Below the pieces are notes generated by a model that saw only the letters and a list, made by a program, of their open reading frames with translations, was not told the origin of the DNA and ran no database searches. The position numbers and the translations under genes were made by a program. A DNA stretch of 64,000 bases from Sphaerodactylus townsendi (taxonomy: Eukaryota): NCBI RefSeq assembly GCF_021028975.2, contig NC_059427.1:16554001-16618000 (forward strand), given 5' to 3'. Position 1 is the stretch's first letter; every line of letters starts with the position of its first letter. Below, piece by piece: positions 12,441-25,341 of the stretch.

Positions 12441-13600
12441 TATAGTCTCTGATGCAATTCTATGCTTGAAATTTAGCTATTGTTGGGTTATAGTTAAAAA
12501 TCTGTCCATTTTCCTACAGGATTAAGTTATTAAACTGATGACAAATGAGGCACCCAGTATTCAAGTCACAATTATAAAAATTTTTTAAATGTTTAGCAAA
12601 TAGAACACAAAACTAAACTATTAGCTCAAGCCTTCTAATGATGCCACCCAACAAATGTGTAAGATCAACAACTACCCACAGTCATAGCATTTTCTGTGGA
12701 GTGGCCTTTCTGAGGATGCAAGGAAGGCTCTTACACTTTTGTCATTTTGCAAACTATGTAAAGTACAATGGTTCAAGAGTGCATTTTTATAAAGATAATA
12801 GAGTTACATGATAATGGAATAATTCAGGAAGGAACTTTCATAAAAGCAATAGGACTGTGGATTATATCACTGTATGTTATGTATTTTCTGCTTGCTGTAG
12901 GTATTATCCTACTCTTAGTAATATCATTTTCTGCATTGTTTGAGATATGTAATGATTTTTGCTTTGTTTCAAATTGCTACAATCCTGTTCTTATTGCATT
13001 GTTTATTAGTTATTTCATCTGATTGATTGCATTAATTTACACTGTAATCTGTTTTGAGACTCATTGAAAAAGGTGGACTATAAAGTAAATAAAATAAATA
13101 AATAAGATGCATAGAACCATTCTGTGAGTAGGATTCTTTTCTAAGGGCTTTTCTGCTTATGCAGAATAATGCCCTTTCTATCCACTTTTAATGCACTTTG
13201 CACCTGGATTTTACTGTGTGAAATAGAAAAAAAACTTGCAAACAATTGTGAAAGTGGATTGAAAGTTCATTATTCTGCATGTGTGGATGGGGCAAGACAT
13301 CCTTTCTCAGCAACTTTCCATCTTCAGAGCAAAAAACACAATTCTCCCCTGTGAATAAATTCCTTTGGGGTCAGGAATTTGTGCACACTAACCTCTGGGC
13401 CTAAATGCCTTTTATTTGTCTCCTGTCCTGTCAAAAACAATTTCCCCAGCAAAAAGAATTCTTCAGGATGATTGTGGAACACTATCGTGTTCTCTCTGTC
13501 TTTTTCTTTTCTTTGTTCAGAGTCTGGTACAACATGATTCATTACTTAATCGCGCTCTCTCTCCCTCTTTTAACTCAAACATGATTTTACTCCATGCTTG

Positions 13601-14128
13601 TGTAACCCCCATGTTCAGAATGGGTTGACCCAGAAAGGGGTGAAGACTCAAAGCAGCAGAAGGCTGCAAAACTCATGGAGTTTGGAGGAGACAAGGCTAC
13701 CAGACTCGGACCTTGGTTTGTATAAGCCCTTAACACCTTGTTAAGGTAACTGCAATGTTGTTGGGAACTAGTGGGAAGGTAGTTGTTTATTTTTGCTATG
13801 TTGTAAATGTTGGAGCTTATTGTTTCAGGGTTTCTTTTTGTGGTTGTAATGGGTGAGAGTTCTCCTGGAAACCTTCATCATGTTGAATCCTGTTCATCAA
13901 GCCCTTGGAGTCCTCAGGAGCCAACCCACTTCAAAGAAGAATTGGACTTGGCAGTATCAGTAGACTGTAAATATAAGGACTTGAAAATGCAACCTGAACA
14001 GGACCTTGAAGTGTGATGTTAAATGTTTGATGTTATATGTTAAGTAGTAAACCATTTTGTTTTTTAAAATTTGTTGTTGCAAACTCATTCCAAGTTCTGC
14101 CCCACAGAACCCACAGATAGAGGTTACA
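13601..14128 (+). mobile_element. Solo LTR (528 bp, Gypsy/ERV1-type)
   Basis: TGTAACC...GGTTACA termini, 4-bp TSD CTTG (13597-13600, 14129-14132). Confidence 0.85.
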
Positions 14129-14537
14129 CTTGCAGGCTTTTAAAATCAGGATGCTTCAGCCTTGCTAACTGTTAATTCTGTTTTAGCCAATTGCATAGAG
14201 AGTTCACACTTGGAAAATTGACAGGATTCACACCCTTTTTGCCTCAATTCCTTCCTTTCCCCTTTACACAGAGAATTTACACTTGAAAGACTTGTGACAG
14301 ATTTCATACCAACCCCTGGCGCTGATTGGAGGGGCATGAAAAATGAAGATGAGGCACTGTCTGCTTTTGCTCCATCATGGCCCATGGGATCATTGTAGGC
14401 TGTAGGTTGGGCAATGTCTACAGATGTTGGGGGTGGAGACTGAGGAGGGTAGGGCTTGGAGAGTGCAGGTATTTCACTGGAGTATAATGCCATAGAGTCC
14501 ACCTTCCAAATCAGCCATTTTCTCTGCCTCCTGCTGA

Positions 14538-14790
14538 TCCAGTGTGGTGCAGTGGTTACAAGCAGGTAGACTCTAATCTGGAGAACTGGATTTGATTATC
14601 CTCTCCTCCACATGAAGACCTTGGGTGACCTTGGGCTAGTCACAGTTCTTCAGAACCCTGAGCCCCACCTACCTGACAAAATGTCTGCTGTGGGGAGAGG
14701 AAGGAAAAGGAGCCTGTAAGCTACTTTGAGACACCTTATGATTGAGAAAAGCAGGGTATGGTATAAATTCAGACTCCTCCTTTTCTCCTA
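14538..14790 (+). mobile_element. Squam3-type tRNA SINE
   Basis: CAGTGTGGTGCAGTGGTT...GACTCTAATCTGGAGAACTGG head and characteristic body; minus-strand copies at ~47525-47755 and ~57925-58160. Confidence 0.7.
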
Positions 14791-15761
14791 GAGGAGTAAG
14801 TAGAAGATCTCCAGTCACCACCTGGAATTTGGCAAATATTTCTTGACTTGAGGTCTTTGTTAGTCAGCCTCTTCAACCAGGACCAGCCCAGATCCTGATT
14901 ACTTCATTTCTTGTTTTGTTGGTTTATTGTACTTTGGTATATTTTGTAAGTTGCTTTGGCTTCCTTTGGGGAGAAAAGTGACACATAAATTCATTCATTC
15001 ATTCATTCAATTTAATAAACCGCTCTACCCCCGGAGGGCTCAAATGCAACAAATAAAATATTTTCTCATATAGACCAAAGTTCTATGGTTAAAAACTCTC
15101 TTATGTCCATTGTCACAGATTAGCAATAATTCCTGCTTCCTAGATCCTCTGCATGTCTCTGTCGATCTTCATCAAAATCTGGAAGCTCTTAGACATGTCT
15201 CGTACACGAGCGCAACAAATTTGCAAAAAAACAGAGTACGCTAGAGTTGTCAAATAAAACGTACAGGCGATCGTGCCTCTTGTATGCGTGCTTAATTAAA
15301 TGTAGGTTTGTGCAGCTTTACATTCTGTGGTCCACCCACTTGTATAATTGGCTTTTAACAATCTACCCCGGAGGTGGAAAATAGCAATTAAGTAACATCA
15401 ACTGGTGCAGCTTGTTGTGGGGATGGGGGGGGAGAGAATATAATAAATACAGAGATCTAAGAAGCTGGACTGAAAGAACTCATTTCAACAGAAAGTGGAG
15501 TTAAACAGCAATCTTCTAGGCACACCTGGATCTCAAACAGAGCCAGCATGCCCAGAAGGAAGAAAGACCCACATCCTGACGTTTGAAGCTTCCCAGCCTG
15601 CAAACCCGCCCACCTGTGTTCAGAAACGCAACAACATAGACAGCTGGTTTTCCCCAATAGAATCAGAGCTACTCAAGTTGTGTGCATAAATCCATGTATA
15701 CTCTGTCTCAGAAAAAGATGATATTCCTCCACCACAGAACTCAGCATGCCAGACCTTCTAT

Positions 15762-16058
15762 GGTCGTTTCCCCACTTACCATGACCTCCCTTTGCTTTCT
15801 GGCGGCGCTACTCTCAAGCGCGCCGCGTCATTTCTGAACAAGCTGTTCTGGCGGGCTTTCCCACGACCAGCGCTCTGCGAAAACGCCATCAAAAGGCGCC
15901 GTTTTGAGGAGCGCCAGGAATGACCCGCGCTGAGGGGGCGCGAGAGCGGCAGTGTCGGGGCAGCTGCGTTGTTGCCGCCCCTGTAGTGGGGAGTGCCAAG
16001 GGACCCTGCGCTACTTGGCGACAGTAGCGCGCAGCAGATGGTAAGTGGGAAAACGACC
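15762..16058. mobile_element. Harbinger-like MITE
   Basis: TIR GGTCGTTTCCCCACTTACC, 3-bp TSD TAT; second copy at 53848-54128. Confidence 0.8.
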
Positions 16059-16679
16059 TATGTTGCAGAATGCTTTGTCCTAGTGCCCATCAGCTTGCAA
16101 AAGACAAGTATTTGCTGATCATCATTCAATGAACTATAAATGTTCTTGTATCAAAGTACCATGTTCAATAATGCACAAAATAATGGTTTTGACAAAGAGA
16201 ATGTGTAAAAATGTATAATTCTCATGTTCATTCAGGACTGTATTATAAGGCAGAAGCATACAATTTTCTCCACAACTGAACCTCAAATGACTGTACTAAC
16301 ACCTTTATGCGAGACAGAATATAGGAACATCCATGTGGGGAGGAGCTGTGGCTCAGTGGAATGTGTTGCATTCACAAGGTCCCATGTTCAACCCCTGGTA
16401 CCCAGCACCACGTGATGTGGAAGATCCTGGCCTAAGGTGCCAGTCTGAGTATACAGTAGCGGCCTTGAAGGAGCAAAGTTCTGATTCAGTATAAGTCAGC
16501 TTCATAAGTGTTTCTTCTGTATTTCTGTTGCCTTGTCAAACGCGACGCAAGTCCGTGAACGGCATCAGGGAGAGATGGAAGTGCTTTTGGAAATATCTCT
16601 CGAAGACACAGAGCCGGGGGCAGATGCTAGCTCATTGCCGACTCTAACTGAAAACATTGTCATGCTGCCTTTAAAACCA

Positions 16680-16822
16680 AGGCCCTTTCCACACACGCAA
16701 AATAATGCGTTTTCAAACCACTTTCACAACTGTTTGCAAGTGGACTTTGCCATTCCGCACAGCTTCAAAGAGCACTGAAAGCAGTTTGAAAGTGCATTAT
16801 TCTGCATGTGCGGAATGAGCCC
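16680..16822. repeat. ~140-bp palindromic MITE family (5 copies in window)
   Basis: Copies at ~13145-13293, 16680-16822, 17607-17752, 31353-31495, 50815-50957 share AATAATGC...GCAAGTGGATTTTGC...GCATTATT. Confidence 0.8.
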
Positions 16823-17852
16823 AAGTTACAGTTTGCAGGAAACCGGCATGGTACAAGTCTGGCAGTGGGTTTATATCCGCCCCACCCCACCCCATCCCGC
16901 ACCTGAGAATTTCATACAATGTTCACCGCCTTTTTTTCCTTACAAGGGAAAACTGGTGACCTCCCCCACCCCCATGTCATAATCTCTTATTTAAAATTTG
17001 AAAGGACCACCAGGAGCCAGAAAACATTGCTTCAGAGGCTAGATCCAGTTATAAATAACTAACTGCACAAAATGCACCATCTTGAGAATCCTAAACTTGC
17101 ATTTTCTTCGTTAACAGTGCCATCCTAAGCAGAATTATTTTCTTGTAAGCCCAATAGTGTAAGTTTGCTCATGATGGTACTCTGGAGCTTATCCTCCCGA
17201 GTAAGAGAAGAGTTCAAGGTTGACTAGAGATTATCTCCCATTTCTCTTGACTCATTCTCTGTATCTGCCTTGACAGCTGCCAATGTCACTCTCCTTCTTT
17301 TCTACCTATTTAGTGCATTTTTATCCCACCCTTCATCAAGGGTACTCAGGGCGGCGTATTCAGCTTCCTCCATTTTATCCTAACCATGACCCTGTAGGCA
17401 AGGTTGAGAGAGTGGCTGCTCCAAGGTCATCCAGAGAGCTTCCTCTCAGGTCCTAGTCCAGCACAGTGACGACTATACTACTGGGCCTTGGTTCCTCAGC
17501 TTTTCCCAGACCGTTCTTTGCAATCTCTAGCAGGTTGTTGTACGCTGGATCTTCGAAGCATCTCTCTAAGGAACTAGAGGTATTCTGTTTAGCTAGCATA
17601 AGCGTGAGGCCCATTCATTTCACACATGCAGAATAATCCACTTTCAAACTGCTTTCAGTGCTCTTTGAAGCTGTGCGGAATAGCAAAATCCACTTGCAAG
17701 CAGTTGTGAAAGTGGTTTGAAAATGCATTATTTTGTGTGTGCGGAAGGGGCCCCAGAAGCACTGAAAAGACACACAGCCATCAACAACCCGCTGAGAGGC
17801 TACAGGGGCAGAATCACACTGTGATAATTTTAAAGATCTTTTATTCTTTCAT

Positions 17853-18145
17853 GGGGGGGGGGGGCGCTGAGGCACAGTGCGGCAAGCTGAAGCAGTACAC
17901 TCAAAGGTCTGCTCGTGATCTGAGCTAGATCCCAACAGAAGTCAGTTTAAGATGGCCAGCTCAAGGTTAACTCAGCCTTCCATCCACCTGAACCTGGTAA
18001 AATGAGCACCCAGCTTGCTTTGGGTAAAGTGTAGACAACTAGGGAAGGCAATGGCAAACCCATACTCTGTCCAGTAAATGTCATGACCTGAAATGTCACC
18101 CCATGACCCAGTATTTTCCCAGAAGACTACCTTTACTTTTTTCTT
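17853..18145 (+). mobile_element. Sauria SINE
   Basis: CTCAGCCTTCCATCC core, GGGAAGGCAATGGCAAACC BovB-like tail, ACCTTTACTTTT end. Confidence 0.75.
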
Positions 18146-18399
18146 CTTTTACTGATTGAAGCTGCTGGGACTGCAATTTCCAGGGGCAGACCCTACGGGG
18201 CAAGAGAGTTATAACCCTTGCTCATATGCTCTTTCCCTTCAAATTGCCGTCTCCAAGATGTTTTTATTTTCACTGGGGCAGCGGAATAACCACAGGCAGG
18301 GTAGGGTGCAGTTTAATCTACCACTAGTGGGCAAATCTTCCTTAGGAAGGAGGGAGTTTAACCCTGAACAAGCAGATGTTTATAAAACTATTTAGCTAC

Positions 18400-20858
18400 C
18401 TGAAGCCAGAAGAAATGTTGACTCCTTGCAGCTGTAGTGGGGAGACCCGTGTTTCCTCCTGAAGAAATTTTCTCTTTATGACCAGTTTTCCTTTCTATAC
18501 TGGAAAAAGAAGTAAAGAGAAGGAACTTTTGACACCATTCACTTATATGGGGTAAAGAAAAAGAGTACAATGAGGCAAAAATAGCTGGTGGGATGATTGT
18601 CTCCACCTCTTTGACCATTTTATTCCATTTCTGGAGTGGAAGATGGGCCTCTATCCATCTCATCCTCCTTTACGGCTATCATCCCTCTCCAGTTCTTAAC
18701 AACTCTGAGAGGCAGGTGTGGCTAAGAGATGACAGCTCCAATGATACCCAGTAAGCTTCATAGCAGAGGACTTGAATCAACACCTGCCTGATTCTAGTTC
18801 TGCACACTAGTTCTACAGATTCCTGCTCTGGCCAATGGCTGGTGATCTGTGGGGTTCCATAGCATTCAATCTTACCCCCCCCCCCCAAATGCTATTTAAT
18901 ATCTAAGCAAAACCATTGGGAGAGGACATCAGGAAGCATGAGCTGTCATTTCACCAATGTACAGGCTCCACAAGGAGGAAAGATAATGAATAAATATTTT
19001 AAATAAATAAAATAGTTGCCCCTGTCATGGCAGAACACTTGGCTTGGAAACTCCCCATAAGCAACCATTTATGACTGATCCTGCCTTCCTTGGTAGACAT
19101 TTTGCAGTGTAGAGTTGTCTATTTTATCCACGGAAATTCTAGAAGATGTGGGGGCAATGCATGGGTAGGGTGCAGTTTAAGAATGGAAGGAACCTCAGTG
19201 GGGATGTGATACAACTCTAGGATTTCAGTTTCTCCTAGACTTCATGCTAAGCCATAGCTTCAAAAGGCGGACAGTATGGGATGCCACAGAGTCTACCCTC
19301 CAAATATGCCATTTCTTCCAGTGGAATGAATCTCTGCAGTTTGGAGATCAGTCATAATTTGAGGAGAACTTACAGGCCCCATTACTGTGGTAACACTTCC
19401 TGCTATTTCTAAAAATTCTGAAGGTCTCCAAGGTCAAAGACTCTTGCAATAGGGGGATTTCCTGATTATCCAGGTACCCCAGATACCAGTCTGTAGTGGA
19501 TTAGGTATCCATTATGGAGACAGTAAACAAAAAAGAGATGCAAACCTACATAATAATTTCCTTGAAGAAGACCCTGCAGGTAATGGGAAATAATCATGAT
19601 GGAATTAGTCATTGCTGGATGCCAGAGCTGTAAAAAAACACTCAGCAACTATTGTCTGTCTGACTGTTAAAGAGTTAGGAAATTGGAAAGATGATGAAAA
19701 AAATGAACATTTTCATATGAGGGAAAACCTAGAAAAGATTTACTAATGGGTGAGGTGGGGGTTAAGAGATGGGTCCTTCGGAGAAAACTTTCAGAATGTC
19801 ATTGTTATAACTGCCAGTGAATTTCAAATCATTATTCTGTTTTTTAAAAAAACATGAAAATCTAAACATTATGCATCCCCAAAGAAGCTTCCTTTGTGCT
19901 GCAAATGCATTCCCTGCCCCAAGGCTAGAGGGGCCCATCACAGTGCAGAGGATGCACATCCCGGCCTTCCGCCAAGACTCTCCAGAGAACTATGCAGGTA
20001 TGTTTAACCACATCTCTTTTTGATAACGGTTTTATGTCCTCAAGGCAGACACTGATTCCAAACAAGTGACTTCTGAGCCTATTGGACTCCTGCCATGGTG
20101 ATAAAACAACCAGTGTGCTGCCCCTGAGCATTTTGGAAGAAAGATAGGAACGTTGTAAATGTATTAATCACAATGTTTATCATTAAAGTCATCATCTTAT
20201 CTAAGTTGGATTGAGGTGGGGACAGTATGACAGCCCTATTTGCTGGAATAAAAATCAACCAGTTATATACAGATACGATATCTGAATAGTACAATCTGAA
20301 GCAGGGATTACATCCTTCTGAGCCCGCGCATGGACTTTGAAAGATGTAACTCTGCTTAGGAGACCACAATAACTGCATTCTGTTCAAATAAACAATTTTC
20401 TCTTCAGAGTCAAATATGTTCTACAAGATTGCGCAGCGCTGAATGGCCAATGCTTGTGATGTCATAAACCCCACCCCTCCACCCAGAGCAACTCTGCAGC
20501 CCCTTTCCATCTGTGGATCTCATCCTCTTCTCCCCCCTCTACAATCCAAAATGCCCCCTAAAAAGCCAAACAGTGTTTCACCTGGGGAAAGACGTCTTCC
20601 AGGAACAGCTGGGGCTAGGAGGAAATTGGCAAACATCATTTCCCTTTCATCCATGGGAATCCCCCATAGGATCTAAGCCACTCTTTGAATTAGTGGTATG
20701 TACGTTTGTCATTTGCATTGCAAAGGTGTGAAAAAAACCCCGCTCACCTCATAGGCAAAAGATGCATTATGGCTCCTTTTTTAATGTTATGATTCTTCAA
20801 GGCTTCTTTCAACTCCTTGCCAGCTATTATAATGAAGTTATGGGAATACCACGATGTG
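18400..20858 (-). pseudogene. Putative decayed multi-ubiquitin-like-domain gene (fragments)
   Basis: AG/GT-bounded 20748-20858 encodes IIIAGKELKEALKNHNIKKGAIMHLL; AG/GT-bounded 18400-18499 encodes KLVIKRKFLQEETRVS/HYSCKESTFLL (one frameshift); 19402-19476 encodes PLLQESLTLETFRIFRNS. All align by eye to ubiquitin [27 protein letters not shown]. Confidence 0.4.
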
Positions 20859-21431
20859 CTGTGTCAAATAAAGAGATTATCATCTGCAGGCTTTTGTGCA
20901 GATTTGCTTAACAGCTCCTAATAGCTACCATCATCAGTAAATGTTCCTAAATCTTGAAAACCAGGTCACATCTTGCCTACCTGGGCTGGGATGAAATCTG
21001 GAATGTGGCCTTCTAGCAGGAGTTAACAAGTAGGAGCCTTGGGAAGCTCATGGGTTGATTATATTTTCCCAGCATGGTCAGTCTCACAGGTGCGTTTTCC
21101 ACATGGGGACAGGCTTGTATAGCTTCCCCATCACTGCTGCAGCTGCCAATACAGAGCAGCGGTAATGGGGTTTCCACACAGAGGCCTCTCCCCTAATTTC
21201 ATTGCACAGTTCCATACCACCGGCACCAAGGCCTTAAAAAACAACAACCTGGCAGGTTGAGTATTGTTATTATATCTGGGTATCCCATTCTCTGAATTCC
21301 CAACAGAATTTGTTGTTGTTTTTTAAAAAACAAGTTTCTATCCTCTTATGTGGTTAACATATGCCATTTCCCTTATGGCTATACTTGCATTTGAGGCTAC
21401 AGGCCGCAGTGGTGTGAGCCTTTGGCACTCC

Positions 21432-21530
21432 NNNNNNNNNNNNNNNNNNNNNNNNNNNNNNNNNNNNNNNNNNNNNNNNNNNNNNNNNNNNNNNNNNNNN
21501 NNNNNNNNNNNNNNNNNNNNNNNNNAGANG
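21432..21530. other. Assembly gap (N run, ~100 nt)
   Basis: Run of N; left flank is the start of a palindromic hAT MITE. Confidence 0.98.
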
Positions 21531-21649
21531 CCCCATTACTCAGTGTGGTGATTTCAGATGGCAACGCTCTTGTGAGTTTATTTTAGATTTGCCCCGCAAG
21601 TGTTTGTTTCAGGTGTTGTTTAGGATTATTACCCACCCCTTTGTTTGTA

Positions 21650-22700
21650 GTGGGCAGACATTACCCATTAGTTGGCTTTTTGTTGCCTGAGAAACTTCTT
21701 GACAGAATCAACGTCAAAAGGAAGGTCAAATGTGGGTATGCAGTCAAGGAACTGAAAGAAGTGAGTGTGAAGTGGCCAGATTGTACCTAAATCTGTGAAA
21801 GGTGATAGGAGCTATTGTTGACAGCTGGCTGACACAAGCCCTTTGAAATCAAGATGGTTTATAGCTTAGCTTTACTTCGTACAATCATTATACAACCCAA
21901 AATCTTAGAATTACCAGAATTGAAACTGTACTTGCATTTCTACATGCGGCAAATCAAATGAATGACACAATAGCTGAAAAATAATAAGCAACAATACAGT
22001 GCTTTAATCACTGCTTCCCAAAATGAATTTGATAAAACAAAATGATGAAGTTGGTTTGGGCACATTTGGCTGGTATTTTGATGGTCAGCTAGAATGTGCC
22101 AGACCTGTTGTTGAATGCTGTGAAGACGTGCCTTATCCAGTAATGCTGCAGTTGAAAGCAGATATTCAGTTCACGAGTCAATGTTAATAGAGAGTTTGCA
22201 TGAAGAAACTGTTCTCTGTCAATACTAGGTTAATAATGTTGTCTTGAGTATTGAAGGATTTGAATCTACTGTAATTGATAGGTGTTTTAGTCAGTCAGGC
22301 ATGTTCGCATACGATACACAGAGAGGTTAAATGCCGCAAGCAACAAGAAGAATATATGAAAATAGAAGAAACTTAAGAAATTAAACACCTTAAAATATTT
22401 TTTAAAAACTGAGAAAAGTAGCCAAAAATGGAAGATGAAACTATTGAACAGAGACTAAGAGGGCTGCAAAATACAGAGAAAAGTGTAGAAGTGATAGCTA
22501 TACATTATTTATTTAATCTTTCTTAAAATAATACTTGCATTCTAATTTCTAACTTGGTTTTTGATTGCTGTTTTACAACTAAGTTTTATATTGTGGCTTC
22601 AATTAAACCATGTTTTAGGAATAGCCGTTGAAATTCATTTTATATAATGTTTAGTAGTTTTAAAAAAAGAAAATGTCCTGAAATGTATTAATGTTTAGAG
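21650..22700 (+). mobile_element. Degraded hAT transposase relic
   Basis: ~22120-22260 translates to AVKTCLI/SSNAAVESRYSVHESMLIESLHEETVLCQ, matching the hAT C-terminal dimerisation motif (SxAxVERxFS); stops and frameshifts. Confidence 0.65.
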
Positions 22701-23329
22701 ATTACATATATTGAAGTTCCATCTTCATGTAAATTTTAGTGCATTTTCAACTCCGCGGCTTCGTATTGATGTGTTTGGGGCTGTGGAGGAAGGGGAAAGT
22801 GAGGATGATGTATGAGTCTGAAATTGTGTGCATTGAGGAATGCTGCTGTAAATTTCGTTGTGCGTGCACAATGACAATAAATGCTTATGCTAATATTGAA
22901 GCTCTTCTCTTCAAATCCTTTTGCACCTCAGTTCATGTGTAGTTCTAATCTAAACCATTACATAACACCTTTATTTAATGCAAAGTAACCTATGGATTTG
23001 TTTGACTTGGGGCTATTTTTTGAAGGGTGGTCAGAGAAATCGACTAAAGTAGGCTAGGGAAAGTGAGGGAAACAGAAAATAATTTTTTGTGGCAATCCTG
23101 ACATGTCAGAGTCCCTCCTATTGGTCCCTTGCTGTAAGTGTAAGCATCTCCAACAGGAATAAACAGTCATCAGTGGCAAAAACAGGTAGAATGTTCCCCC
23201 CTTTCCATGTGTCTGAAATGAACCACCTAAGGGGTTTCTCACTTCTAAACAGGGGGACTTCAGCTAGATTGTTTGCACAGAAAATAGCTGATAGTTCCCG
23301 GAATCTGCTGTATCACTTTTACAGTTGGT

Positions 23330-23590
23330 ACTGCCCAACTCTTAGAATAAGGCTAAAAGATCAGTGCTATTGTTACTCACATGCTACACTTCATTGTTAC
23401 TCACTTGCCAGGCCACTCCTATTCAGATGCCCTCACCTATTGACCTTTACTCACAGGTGTATATACTCCACTTGCTTTCCTTTCCTACTATCAGATCCTC
23501 TGAAGATGCCAGCCACAGATACAGGCGAAACGTCAGGAGAGAATGCCGGTAGAACATGGCCATACAGCCCGGAAACCACACAGCACCCCA
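23330..23590 (+). mobile_element. Penelope-like element 3' end
   Basis: CCTCTGAAGATGCCAGCCACAGAT...CATGGCCATACAGCCCGGAAA; related copies at 33356-33479 and 42525-42700. Confidence 0.75.
23496..23538 (+). ncRNA. Minimal type I hammerhead ribozyme motif (Penelope-associated)
   Basis: TCCT-CTGAAGA-T-GCC...GGC-GAAA-C-GTC-AGGA: stem I TCCT/AGGA, stem II GCC/GGC, intact core and GUC triplet. Confidence 0.65.
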
Positions 23591-25057
23591 GATCAGTGCT
23601 ATTCTTTGATCGTTCGTTCTTTGTAATTAACTTAGATCTTCGAAATCAGCTTAAGCACAATCTCTCTCAGCTTAGCCTACTCTTCTAACATCTGTGAAGA
23701 TAAAAATGGAGAAGGGAGAACCATGTATGCAGTGCTGAGCTCCTTGAGGGAATGGATAAAAAAGTATGGCATAGGAAGATGAATAAGCAAATAAAATAAG
23801 CCATAATAAGCCATAAAATATTTTATGAAGCTAAATCACAGGTTAACACTTAATTATTTACTGAATATGAATATAACAGGGGAAGTCCAGGGAGGTCTTA
23901 AGCACAGATGAGAGATACACGTACCTTGGAAACCAAATTTTTGTTTTACAGAAAATCTCTGTGAAGCTTTTGGGAACACATCCTATCTCCATGGTGGCAA
24001 AGGAAGAAATGGAGGGAGAGCACTCCCCACCCCTTTGTCACATGTCCAACTCAGTGGAAAGATGGGAGCACTCATCAGGAACCTTCTAGAAGCTTAGAGA
24101 AAAAAAGTTCCCATGACTAGCCTGCACCTGCACAGTCCTATGTGGAACTGCACAGAAACCACAACGATAAAACACGGTTCTTGCATCGCTGCAAATAGCC
24201 CTTTGCAAGCCTCTGCACAGCAAGGTTCTTTACAGATGACAGGCCATCAACTGAGCCTGGCCCAGCCAGGGAGGGCAGGATACAAATGTAATAAAATATA
24301 ATAAAAAAAACTTGAGGCCCCAGGGCTAAACCTGGCCCATAAAGGCTATCAGGTAGCCCTTCCTCCCTGATTAAACAGCAGTTGTAATTCCACAAGAGGA
24401 ACAGTGGATGGAAGAGTATGAATTAAGCTCCACTTTGCCTCCAGTTAAAAGCTGAAAGGGGAAATGCACGCGGCTGCTATGCAAGCAGCTGCATGGCTCT
24501 CCCACCCATCTTGGAACAAGGCTCAAACCAGAACGGAGCTAGTCACAGGATGACAATGGCAACCAACAGGAAAAATCTCATGCATGCACAGCCACACAAG
24601 TGTGTCAGAAGTTTCCCTCAGTCGAGGAGGAAATAAAGCACAGGGCAGCAGGAGACTGGTGACCACAGCAGTAGCAGAAGAAATGGCCGGATCTCCAAGA
24701 GCAGCACATGTTCCTGGTGTTCAGCTTTGGTTTGGCTCAAGTAGGGTGTTGTTGTCCTTGGACAGAAGTTCTAGTCTTTTAGAAGTCCCACTGACTGGGG
24801 GAGGGAGGAAAAACTTGGACCGCTCGTTAAGACTTTTGACATGCAATTCCCTTCCTATCACTTTTGTGTTGACCTCCAGTAAGACTTGCTGCAGGACAAA
24901 CATCACCATTTATGAATCATCCAGCTGATGGATGTTTCCACAGCACCTGTAAGTGCAGCACAGTAAGTGCCCCCCACCCCCAGGATCTAAAGCGATTCTA
25001 AATCACAAAGAAAAGAGCTTGTTCAAATTTGCTCGGGTGGACACAGATGCTGTCTGA

Positions 25058-25082
25058 TCAAGAGTCTTCCTTCTCCTGAAAT
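25058..25082 (-). CDS. POLR1H: POLR1H/ZNRD1 coding exon 4
   Basis: Acceptor ACTTCCAG; (K)FQEKEDS* is identical to the vertebrate RPA12 C-terminus. Confidence 0.93.
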
Positions 25083-25341
25083 CTGGAAGTAAAAACAAAA
25101 ACACATTAAAAACTAACCAAAAAACTATAAACCATGTCAATCATGGAATGCACTCGTCGTAGCTATAAAGCCCATAGTCCATTAACAATTTGAGGCATAG
25201 AAGATCAGACAGATGACTGTTTCCAGAGGTTTGAAAAGATTTCCTCGCAGTAATAACAGTGCTGATTATCTATTTTGACCACACAAAAAAAAAACCAGAA
25301 AAGAAATCTGTCTGGCTGAAACAGAGGTGTGTATTCACATA

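Noticed and set aside
16337-16410. tRNA-like sequence
   Set aside because: Degenerate SINE head followed by SINE body; no intact cloverleaf
23089-23688. 199-aa ORF
   Set aside because: Non-ATG start, runs through a Penelope fragment, no domain signal
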